Part shown: positions 17,291 through 23,651 of the stretch, one piece after another | How positions within the stretch are numbered: the first letter of the stretch is position 1 | How the letters are laid out: each line of letters starts with the position of its first letter | DNA from: a virus | Taxonomy: Duplodnaviria > Caudoviricetes | Length of the DNA stretch: 25,177 bases | IMG/VR virus record: IMGVR_UViG_3300048999_000159 | Span: 1 to 25,177 of that record | Strand: one strand, 5' to 3' | Notes under the pieces: generated by a model | The model's input: only the letters and a program-made list of their open reading frames with translations | Told to the model about the DNA's origin: nothing | Databases searched by the model: none | Program-made: the position numbers and the translations under genes

Positions 17291-17545
17291 GCGGACCTCC
17301 GGCGGCGTTCAGTGGCGGTCCGCGTCGCCCGGCCGGCGGGCTTTCCCTAGGCCGGCCGGGCGGTGTCGCGGTGGTGGGAAGTTGAGCCCCGGAGGCGGGG
17401 GCGCGCGGGCGCGCGAGCTTCGGCAGCAGTCTGTGTGTGCGCTCTGCTCGGTCGCGATCGCCGTGGCGGGTCGTGCCTCCGGGGTGCCTGGGTCGCGCGG
17501 CGTTTCCCCAGGCGGTGCGGCTCCCTGTGAATACAGGTGTGCCAG
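17291..17545 (-). ncRNA. Putative structured 5' leader RNA of the late operon
   Basis: About 255 nt without a credible ORF, holding five consecutive stems including perfect 10-bp and 12-bp helices; no known RNA family recognised. Confidence 0.45.
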
Positions 17546-17553
17546 CGCTCGAA

Positions 17554-17587
17554 AGGGTGCACTGACGGAGCGTGAGCGTCAATGCAC
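17554..17587 (-). promoter_or_regulatory. Putative late promoter with overlapping 11-bp inverted repeat
   Basis: -35 TTGACG (17582-17577), 17-bp spacer, -10 CACCCT (17559-17554); GTGCATTGACG-N9-CGTCAGTGCAC dyad with one mismatch. Confidence 0.65.
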
Positions 17588-17601
17588 AGCGAGTGTGGTG
17601 G

Positions 17602-17844
17602 TCACTCTGGTCCCAGAGGCACCAGCCGTTCCGGGTGGGCGTGCTGCCGGTCCGCCAGGATCTGCTCGGCCTGGTCGAGGTCGAGCAGGACCGCGCGGGT
17701 GAGCACGTCGCAGGCGACAGGCGGGATCTCGCGGCGGATGTAGTTCACGTGCCGCTGCGCGAGACGGGCGACGATCTGTCGGGTGACGAGCCAGCGGCCA
17801 TCGTCGAGGCGGCGCGGCTCGGGATGCGGCTGGCCGCGGCTCAT
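17602..17844 (-). CDS. Small HTH-like DNA-binding protein, 80 aa
   Basis: ATGA-coupled; WLVTRQIVARLAQRHVNYIRR...LLDLDQA resembles a MerR/Xis-type winged HTH; last gene before the late promoter. Confidence 0.55.
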   Translation of the reverse strand: MSRGQPHPEPRRLDDGRWLVTRQIVARLAQRHVNYIRREIPPVACDVLTRAVLLDLDQAEQILADRQHAHPERLVPLGPE

Positions 17845-18071
17845 CGGCGGTACCAGTGCAGCTCGTGCCGGGTGCCGTCACAGGAGGCGTCAGGCGGGAG
17901 GACGGTCGCCCGCAGGTGCTGCCGACCAGCGTGCCGACCTCGCGACTGCACTCGCACCGACTCGATCTCGTACAGCCGGCCGGTGGGCGTGACCAGTTGG
18001 TCCCCTGCGGCCAGCAGGAACGGGGCGTCGTAGTACAGGCCAACCTCTGAGCCGACCTGAGCGACACTCAC
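17841..18071 (-). CDS. Hypothetical protein, 76 aa
   Basis: GTGA and ATGA overlaps on both sides; beta-rich GD.L.TPTGR.Y pattern. Confidence 0.75.
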   Translation of the reverse strand: MSVAQVGSEVGLYYDAPFLLAAGDQLVTPTGRLYEIESVRVQSRGRHAGRQHLRATVLPPDASCDGTRHELHWYRR

Positions 18072-18598
18072 GACAGCCGGCGCGGCCGCCGTTGCCGGGT
18101 GAGGTCGCGGGACGGCCCGGTGTTCCGCTCTCGGCGCAGCCGCAGCGCCCGGGCTCGCGGATCCTCGTCGACGTCGTCGGCGAGCTGATCACGCAGGGCC
18201 GCCAGCGGTGCCGCAGCCTCCTCGACGGCGTGGAACAGCCGCGCCATCGCCTCGCATGCCTCGCGGAAGGCTGAGCCGAAGATCTCGCTCAGCAAGGCGC
18301 CCTGCCACGTCGCGAGCCCGTCCGGCCCCACCAGGTGGTGCACGACGCCGTTGCCGAACGCGAGCAGCCCACGACCCTCTCGGCGAGGGAGCTGCACCGC
18401 TTCCGACGTCGAGTGGTGGGTTTCGTCGATGACGATCGGCGGCGGGACGCGGCCCCCTCGGAAGCCGACAGGCCGGCGGCGCTCAAGCCCGAACGGGATC
18501 TCTGGCTCGGGCGTCCAGCGCATGGCGTCGGAGCTGACCGACCAGTCGCCGAGGGCGCCGTCGATCGCGTCGATCACGTGCTGCGTCCGGTCCGTCAT
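18068..18598 (-). CDS. Hypothetical protein, 176 aa
   Basis: ATG at 18598 overlaps the upstream stop and has a GAGGAG RBS; starts MTDRTQHVIDAIDGALGDWSVSSDAMRW. Confidence 0.75.
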   Translation of the reverse strand: MTDRTQHVIDAIDGALGDWSVSSDAMRWTPEPEIPFGLERRRPVGFRGGRVPPPIVIDETHHSTSEAVQLPRREGRGLLAFGNGVVHHLVGPDGLATWQGALLSEIFGSAFREACEAMARLFHAVEEAAAPLAALRDQLADDVDEDPRARALRLRRERNTGPSRDLTRQRRPRRLS

Positions 18599-19149
18599 GG
18601 GCGCCACTCCTCGCGGTACCCGGGCCAGTCGGCGTAGGGCAGAGCGAGAGCGCGGAGGATCGGTGTCGTGGGAGGCTCGGCGCCGAACCGCTCGCGGTAC
18701 TCCTGCTGCGTGAGCCATGCGATCTGCTGGGTGAGCCGCATGGTCACCGTCGAGGGATCGTCGCCCTGCTCGAACTTGGGGGACTGCTCGACGAGGACGG
18801 GCCACGACTCGTGCAGTCGGATGATCTCGCGCTTGGCTGCGCATTCGGCGAGGACACGGGCCGGGTCCCAGTGGGCGATGTGTGCGGCGTCGGCCATCGA
18901 CTGAGGGTTGTCAGATGGTCCGGTGGCAGCGACCCCGATGGTCGTGGTGTTGTCGCCGTCGTCGGGACCCGCGCCCACGAATTCCTCACCGCCCGTCGTG
19001 AACTTCCCAGCGCGAGCGCGAGCCAACTTCTCCTGGTCGGTGAACCATTCCTTGCCAGGGTTGTAGCGCCAGGGCCCGGGTGTTGCCGCCCGCGCCACCG
19101 CCTCGTCGGCCTCGATCTGTGCGAGCAGCCACGAAGCCAGGTCGGTCAC
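18595..19149 (-). CDS. DUF6221-family protein with Ead/Ea22-like segment, 184 aa
   Basis: ARAATPGPW, DAAHIA.WDPARVLAECAAKR.I and LRALALPYAD.PGYREEWRP motifs. Confidence 0.85.
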   Translation of the reverse strand: MTDLASWLLAQIEADEAVARAATPGPWRYNPGKEWFTDQEKLARARAGKFTTGGEEFVGAGPDDGDNTTTIGVAATGPSDNPQSMADAAHIAHWDPARVLAECAAKREIIRLHESWPVLVEQSPKFEQGDDPSTVTMRLTQQIAWLTQQEYRERFGAEPPTTPILRALALPYADWPGYREEWRP

Positions 19150-19307
19150 CGGAAGAGCCTGAACAGGGTGCGGGTGACCTGCCGGCGCACGACCCGCTTC
19201 GCCAGGGCGTCGGGGCCGCGCCGGGCGGCCTGCACGTCCCCGATGCCCCGCTGCGTCTTGTACAGCGCTCGACGCAGCTGCGACAGGGCGGAATGGCGGC
19301 GCGTCAC
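19146..19307 (-). CDS. Small basic hypothetical protein, 53 aa
   Basis: GTGA overlaps at both ends; LYKTQRGIGDVQAARRGPDALAKRVVRR amphipathic basic helices. Confidence 0.7.
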   Translation of the reverse strand: MTRRHSALSQLRRALYKTQRGIGDVQAARRGPDALAKRVVRRQVTRTLFRLFR

Positions 19308-19771
19308 GGGTAGCTCACGACCTCGATGGCGCCGGTGTCTCGCTGCCCGCGTGCGCGGGCCTCGACGGCGATCTCGGGGATCACCCATGTGTCGCCGACT
19401 TTCACGGCGTCCAGTTGGCCGGCGTTGACCAGCTGCAGGGCGCGCTGCCGGGAGACGCCGAGGGCCTCGGCCGCCTGGGGGACGGACATCAGCGGCGGCA
19501 CCTCGACGGCCTCGATGCGTCGGTGGAACTCCTCGGTCGGCAACACCTCGAGCGCGTAGACCTGGTGGCCGGTGGCGAGGACGACGGACAGTGCGGTGAT
19601 GACGGCCTGCCGGATGGTGTCGGCGGGCACGGTGAAGATGAGCTCGACGCGGCCGCCGTGGACCGCTCGGGCGACGGTGCCGGCGTACTCGCCGACGACG
19701 TCCATGAGGACGTCGACGGCGGCCGCGTCGAAGTCGCGGGAGTCGAGCTCGACGCGTGCGTTGTAGTCCAT
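19304..19771 (-). CDS. hicB: HicB-like antitoxin with C-terminal excisionase-type HTH, 155 aa
   Basis: N-terminal alpha/beta domain (FTVPADTIRQA), then LMSVPQAAEALGVSRQRALQLV..GQL.A.KVG..W; downstream of a HicA-like gene; AGGAG RBS. Confidence 0.7.
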   Translation of the reverse strand: MDYNARVELDSRDFDAAAVDVLMDVVGEYAGTVARAVHGGRVELIFTVPADTIRQAVITALSVVLATGHQVYALEVLPTEEFHRRIEAVEVPPLMSVPQAAEALGVSRQRALQLVNAGQLDAVKVGDTWVIPEIAVEARARGQRDTGAIEVVSYP

Positions 19772-19807
19772 CGGGGTGCTCCTGGCGTGGTCGTATGACG
19801 CTGGTTC

Positions 19808-19868
19808 GGAGCTGGGGGAACATGGAGCCGGGGTGGAACCGGGGGCGGTTGGTGCGCCCCCGGCTCCA
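19808..19868 (-). promoter_or_regulatory. hicA-hicB intergenic hairpin with three alternative 3' arms
   Basis: mRNA UGGAGCCGGGGGCG-CACCAAC-CGCCCCCGGUUCCA (14 bp, one G-U) followed by CCCCGGCUCCA and CCCCCAGCUCC. Confidence 0.6.
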
Positions 19869-19878
19869 CTTCATCTGG

Positions 19879-20079
19879 TCAGGTGACTGGCCAGATGAAC
19901 CCGGCGCGCCTCAGCGGCGCCAAGCCGTTCGCGAGACCGGTGCCGCCCTTGAAGCGCATCGGGATGGTGCCGACGTACTCGGAGCCCAGGTAGACCCGCA
20001 GGCGGGCGTTCTTGGTCTCCATGACGTCGAATCCCTGCTCTCCGAGGGCTCTGACGATCTCCTTCACGACCTTGTCCAT
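19879..20079 (-). CDS. hicA: HicA-like protein, 66 aa, lacking the catalytic His
   Basis: KEIVRALGEQGFDV...LRVY...N.LA.LRRAGF.WP matches the actinophage HicA-like pattern; the usual GH position reads AR. Confidence 0.7.
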   Translation of the reverse strand: MDKVVKEIVRALGEQGFDVMETKNARLRVYLGSEYVGTIPMRFKGGTGLANGLAPLRRAGFIWPVT

Positions 20080-20098
20080 GTTCACCCCCTCTCCTTCC

Positions 20099-20156
20099 TG
20101 TCCGGGCGTTTCCCGGACAAGAACAACCATACCGGTGGACTTGTCCGCCGACAAGT
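20099..20156 (-). promoter_or_regulatory. sigma70-type promoter and operator dyads of the hicAB module
   Basis: -35 TTGTCG (20154-20149), 17 bp, -10 TATGGT (20131-20126); ACTTGTC-N4-GACAAGT over the -35 and TGTCCGGG-N5-CCCGGACA at 20099-20119. Confidence 0.75.
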
Positions 20157-20181
20157 ACCCGGATGGGTGAATCGCGGCGTG

Positions 20182-20643
20182 TCACGCCGTCAGCATCAGG
20201 CGGTCCGGCAGGTACCCGTACGGCATGACGACGACGAAGAACTCGTCGACCGTGCGCAGCCCAGCGCGGCTGGGGTGCGGGTCCCACAGAACGGTTCCGT
20301 CGAGGAGGCCGACGACGACGTGGCCGAAGTCGCCGCGCGGACTCCGGCCTCCGACGAGCACCGGGAGTCGTGGATCGTGGCCCCAGGTCCGGGCGAACGG
20401 GTCGTCAGATAGGTCCGAGGCCTCGAAGTAGGCCAGGTCGAGCCCGCGCTGACGCTGCAGCCAGCGGCGCGTCTCGTCCCACCAGGACAGGTAGAGGCCG
20501 AAGTGCGGGACGGTCTCGGCCGGCTCTCCGAGCAAGCTGGCGATCGCGGCGCGGTAGCAGTCGCCGGGGACGCCGTCCGCGGTGTGCCCGTCCGTGCGGT
20601 GAGCGGCCTGCACGTGGAGCTGGGTGACCTCGTGGAAGCTCAT
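20182..20643 (-). CDS. Putative papain-like (C39-like) cysteine peptidase, 153 aa
   Basis: ATGA-coupled start at 20643; GDCYRAAIASLL, GHVVV and LWDP give a Cys-His-Asp triad in papain-fold order. Confidence 0.6.
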   Translation of the reverse strand: MSFHEVTQLHVQAAHRTDGHTADGVPGDCYRAAIASLLGEPAETVPHFGLYLSWWDETRRWLQRQRGLDLAYFEASDLSDDPFARTWGHDPRLPVLVGGRSPRGDFGHVVVGLLDGTVLWDPHPSRAGLRTVDEFFVVVMPYGYLPDRLMLTA

Positions 20644-20921
20644 GCGAGGGAGGCGACCTCGAGCGCGGCCAGGCCGACGGCCATCGCCTCGTCCCACGTC
20701 TCTGCGACACCACTGTCGAGGAGACAGCCGTTGGGCTCGGAGATCATCCACGACCAGGAGCCGGGGTAATCGAAGCCCACCCAGAGCCGCGGGTGCTCCT
20801 GCTCGGCGGCGACCCGGCGCCGTTCGGCGGTCGGAGGCCAGTGGCAGGGCAGGGTGCAGTCGTCCGCCGGCTCACCCCGACGCGCCGCCCACCGACGGGC
20901 CCGAGGGGACAGCAGGCTCAT
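20640..20921 (-). CDS. Hypothetical protein, 93 aa
   Basis: ATGA overlaps at both ends; WSW.I...G...DSG.A.TWDEA pattern. Confidence 0.7.
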   Translation of the reverse strand: MSLLSPRARRWAARRGEPADDCTLPCHWPPTAERRRVAAEQEHPRLWVGFDYPGSWSWMISEPNGCLLDSGVAETWDEAMAVGLAALEVASLA

Positions 20922-21697
20922 GCGACCGCGGCGGCGCTGTACCGCCGCAGGACGTCGAAGCCCGACGTGAGGTTGCTGCAGCGATCGCAGCGGACCTGGA
21001 GCTGGCCGACGGCGTGGACGTGACCGGTGCACTGCTCCCCGTCGATCAGCTCCCGGCAGCGCGGGCCCGCAATGACGACGTGCACGACACCGCGGTCGAG
21101 GAGCTCGGCCAGCGCCTCGAGCTCGGCGTGGAACTCGGCAGCCCAGTCCTGGCCGCGCACCCAGTCGAGCTCGTCGACGAGGACCTGGTGCTCGCTGGCC
21201 AGGGTGGGCCGCGGCGTGACCCACATGCGCAGCGTCCACCGCTCGCACCAGGCGTGGTCGCACCACACGCCCTCGCAGATCCCTGGCCCGATCGGGCGGC
21301 CGCCGAGCGGCACCGTGTGCGGGACCTCGTGGACGACGAGGCCGCGGCCGGCGCGCACCTCGGCGGCACGGGCGAAGATCACTTCCTGGACGCCGCGGCC
21401 GCGGTTGCCGTCCGGGTCGTAGGCCGACCGTTCTTTCGACCGGGGGTCGCGGAGCACGATGACGTCGAGCAGGGCAGGGTTCCGCATCGACTTGAGTGAG
21501 CCGCCGCCGCGTCCGTCCCGCGCTGCGCTGGGCGAGGGCAGGTTCGGGTTCGCGTCGAGCTGCTCGTAGAGACCGGGGAGGGCGCGGAGCCAGTCGCCGA
21601 GCTCGAGCCCGTGGGTGGCGCAGATCGTCCACCCTGGGGAGCAGAGACGGTCGCAGCCGGAAATCGGGCACTGCGGCCGGTCGATGTGCTCGCTCAC
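20918..21697 (-). CDS. Multi-zinc-finger phage protein, possible late-gene regulator, 259 aa
   Basis: GTG at 21697 overlaps the upstream stop; N-terminal C-x4-C...C..H, L..LP.LY.QL, LDWV...WA.EF..EL and C-terminal C-x7-C...CDRC. Confidence 0.7.
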   Translation of the reverse strand: MSEHIDRPQCPISGCDRLCSPGWTICATHGLELGDWLRALPGLYEQLDANPNLPSPSAARDGRGGGSLKSMRNPALLDVIVLRDPRSKERSAYDPDGNRGRGVQEVIFARAAEVRAGRGLVVHEVPHTVPLGGRPIGPGICEGVWCDHAWCERWTLRMWVTPRPTLASEHQVLVDELDWVRGQDWAAEFHAELEALAELLDRGVVHVVIAGPRCRELIDGEQCTGHVHAVGQLQVRCDRCSNLTSGFDVLRRYSAAAVA

Positions 21698-22005
21698 GAG
21701 GCTTTCTCGACCGGATCGTAGCTGGCTTCGAAGATCGATCCCTTGCACGGGTAGAACTCGCCTGCGACACCACGGATGACGAAGTCGCCGGCGCTGGCCG
21801 TCATCGTTCCCTCGAGGGTGTCGACCGTGAGCGTCGGCGGGTGGCCGGGCGTGCCCTCCTGGCCGTCGTCGTAGGGCCACTGGCCTTCGTGGAAACGGAT
21901 GGTGCCGCCCTGGCCGAGCGCCCAGTCGATGATCTCGGACGCGCTCTCCGGTGTGCCGGTCCAGCGCATGGCCTCGATCTGGATCGGCTTCTTCCGGTAC
22001 CTCAT
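21694..22005 (-). CDS. Conserved phage protein of the YRKKP..IEA / TLEG.M.A..GD.VIRGV.GEFYPCK..IF..Y type, 103 aa
   Basis: Recognisable widespread phage motif set; ATGA-coupled to the upstream gene; function not established. Confidence 0.85.
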   Translation of the reverse strand: MRYRKKPIQIEAMRWTGTPESASEIIDWALGQGGTIRFHEGQWPYDDGQEGTPGHPPTLTVDTLEGTMTASAGDFVIRGVAGEFYPCKGSIFEASYDPVEKAS

Positions 22006-22328
22006 CGCGGCGAAACCGGGGGAATCGGTCGGCCGAGATAGTCGACCATCGGCATGGCCAGCCGCGATGTGAGCGGGTTCGGCGTCCGGCCGGCCGGATC
22101 CGCCAGTGGCGAGAGGTTGCAGGCGACCGCGGCGTTGGCGTACATCACCGCTTCCTGCAGCGCGGTCAGCGCGAGCGCCTTCTCCCGGCCGTCGGGCAGC
22201 GTCTCGTCCCAGTGGGAAGCAAGGGCGATGGCGCGGGCCCGATTGTCCTCGAACAGCGGGATCGTCTGATCGGTGGCCGGGTGGAACCCGAACCGGCGGT
22301 TGATCTCCTCGGCGCCGAGCATCGTCAT
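22002..22328 (-). CDS. Acb2/Tad1-like helical-hairpin protein, putative cyclic-nucleotide sponge, 108 aa
   Basis: RRFGFHP...LPDGREKALALTALQEAVMYANAAVA resembles the RE.A.ALT..EEA.MW.N helix of Tad1; GGAGGAG RBS and ATG at 22328. Confidence 0.7.
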   Translation of the reverse strand: MTMLGAEEINRRFGFHPATDQTIPLFEDNRARAIALASHWDETLPDGREKALALTALQEAVMYANAAVACNLSPLADPAGRTPNPLTSRLAMPMVDYLGRPIPPVSPR

Positions 22329-22615
22329 GGGGTCTCCTCCTGCTGCGGTCCGGTGCGGATCTCGACGGTGCAGCCGAGGACGACGTCGGTGACGACGATC
22401 TCGCCGGCGTCGTCCGGCGACGCCGCGTTGATCCGCTCGACGAGGGCGGCGAGCGCCTGCTGCTGGTCGTCGGGCACGCCGAAGTAGCGGGAGACGAGGA
22501 CCTTGTCCGCCCACTTCTTGGCGTCGTCGAGGGTGGTGATCTCCTCGAGGACGCCGTGGCGGTCGTCGGCAGCGTCGACGACGGTGACGGTGTAGATGGT
22601 GGCGGGCGACGTCAT
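22325..22615 (-). CDS. Hypothetical protein, 96 aa
   Basis: GGAGGAG RBS; ATGA overlaps at both ends; acidic alpha/beta composition. Confidence 0.8.
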   Translation of the reverse strand: MTSPATIYTVTVVDAADDRHGVLEEITTLDDAKKWADKVLVSRYFGVPDDQQQALAALVERINAASPDDAGEIVVTDVVLGCTVEIRTGPQQEETP

Positions 22616-22941
22616 CGGGTCTCCTCCTGGAGCGCGTAGGGCCGGGGCCGGGGGTGCTGCAGCGTCGCGGTCTTCCGCTCGTCGCGCCGCAGCATCGAGG
22701 CGTGCCGCTGGTCCGCCTCCTCGGTCAGCCGGCGGAGTACTTCGCCGGCGTCGATGGAGGCGGTGTGTGCGTCGTCGGCGCGGTGCCGTGGCCCGGGAGC
22801 CTGCGGGGCATCGGGTGCCGGCCGGTGGAGGAGCTGCCGAGGCATCGTGTGCGCCCCGGGCAGCCGATGGGTTCGGACCAGCAACGCAACGACGAGCAGC
22901 ACCAGGCAGACCAGGCCGACGACGATGATCACGAGGGGCAC
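22612..22941 (-). CDS. Single-pass membrane protein, 109 aa
   Basis: GGAGG RBS before GTG at 22941; N-terminal hydrophobic run LVIIVVGLVCLVLLVVALLV followed by a basic tail. Confidence 0.75.
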   Translation of the reverse strand: MPLVIIVVGLVCLVLLVVALLVRTHRLPGAHTMPRQLLHRPAPDAPQAPGPRHRADDAHTASIDAGEVLRRLTEEADQRHASMLRRDERKTATLQHPRPRPYALQEETR

Positions 22942-23165
22942 GGGGCGGCCTCCGGGGCGAGGTCGGTGCGCAGGTTGAGGCAGGCGCGGGTGCGGCCGTC
23001 GCAGCCGGTGCACTGCAAGACGTGCACCCCGGGCGCGGGGCGGAGTACTCGATAGGCGGTCGGCTCGCGCCGACCGCCGTCGCAGGTGGGGCAGTCTCGG
23101 CAGCTGGCGCAGCTCTCGCCGGTGCCGTGCGCGAGCGGGGACCGTGGCCGCGCCGGCGACGTCAT
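22929..23165 (-). CDS. Cys-rich hypothetical protein, 78 aa
   Basis: CASCRDCPTC and CTGC...C; TGATG-coupled to the upstream micro-ORF. Confidence 0.65.
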   Translation of the reverse strand: MTSPARPRSPLAHGTGESCASCRDCPTCDGGRREPTAYRVLRPAPGVHVLQCTGCDGRTRACLNLRTDLAPEAAPCPS

Positions 23166-23230
23166 CAGTGGCCCTCGCAGGGGCAGGCCGTGTCGGCGAG
23201 TTCGCGGAGCAGGTTGCGCAGCAGCTTCAC
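23165..23230 (-). CDS. 21-aa micro-ORF MKLLRNLLRELADTACPCEGH
   Basis: GTGA overlap upstream and TGATG overlap downstream; nearly all codons end in G or C. Confidence 0.55.
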   Translation of the reverse strand: MKLLRNLLRELADTACPCEGH

Positions 23231-23622
23231 GTCAGCACCCGGAACCGGCGGGTCAGCCGCTCCTTCATGTAGCTGGCGGCTTCGTCGGGGTGCTCGGAGC
23301 GGAAGCGCGTCTGGTCGAAGGTTAGGGAGACGACCGTCTTGTGCTCGGCGAAGGGCTTGCCGGTCTCGGCGACTTGCAGGACCTCAGCGGCGCCCATCTC
23401 GGCGAGGATGTCGGCCTTCGCCGCGTCGAGGGCCTCGCGCGCGGAATCGACACGGCGCTCGGCGCTGCGGTACTTCTTGCGGAGGGCGTCGGCCCTGGTC
23501 TTGGGGATCTCGGCCGAGGCCGGCGGCAGCGGCGTCAGGGTGCCCGGTGTCGTGTCGCCGGCGAGCTTGGCGCTGGCCTGGGCGAGGGCGGCTGACGCCG
23601 CCTGCGCGAGCTTGCCGGGCAT
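23227..23622 (-). CDS. Coiled-coil protein resembling the C-terminal domain of YqaJ-type phage exonucleases, 131 aa
   Basis: GGAGGA RBS before ATG at 23622; KADILAEMGAAE...FDQTRFRSEHPD...Y.K....RRFRV; no nuclease motifs. Confidence 0.65.
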   Translation of the reverse strand: MPGKLAQAASAALAQASAKLAGDTTPGTLTPLPPASAEIPKTRADALRKKYRSAERRVDSAREALDAAKADILAEMGAAEVLQVAETGKPFAEHKTVVSLTFDQTRFRSEHPDEAASYMKERLTRRFRVLT

Positions 23623-23651
23623 CGTTTCCTCCGAGAGTTTCGCGAGAGCGT

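Noticed and set aside
17291-17545. Known riboswitch (c-di-AMP ydaO, c-di-GMP) or tRNA in the leader
   Set aside because: The conserved sequence motifs of these families and a tRNA T-loop/cloverleaf were not found by eye; an Rfam search is needed.
17347-17562. 71-aa minus-strand ORF in the late leader
   Set aside because: Its start lies within the promoter spacer with no RBS, and the product is Arg/Pro-rich and low in complexity.
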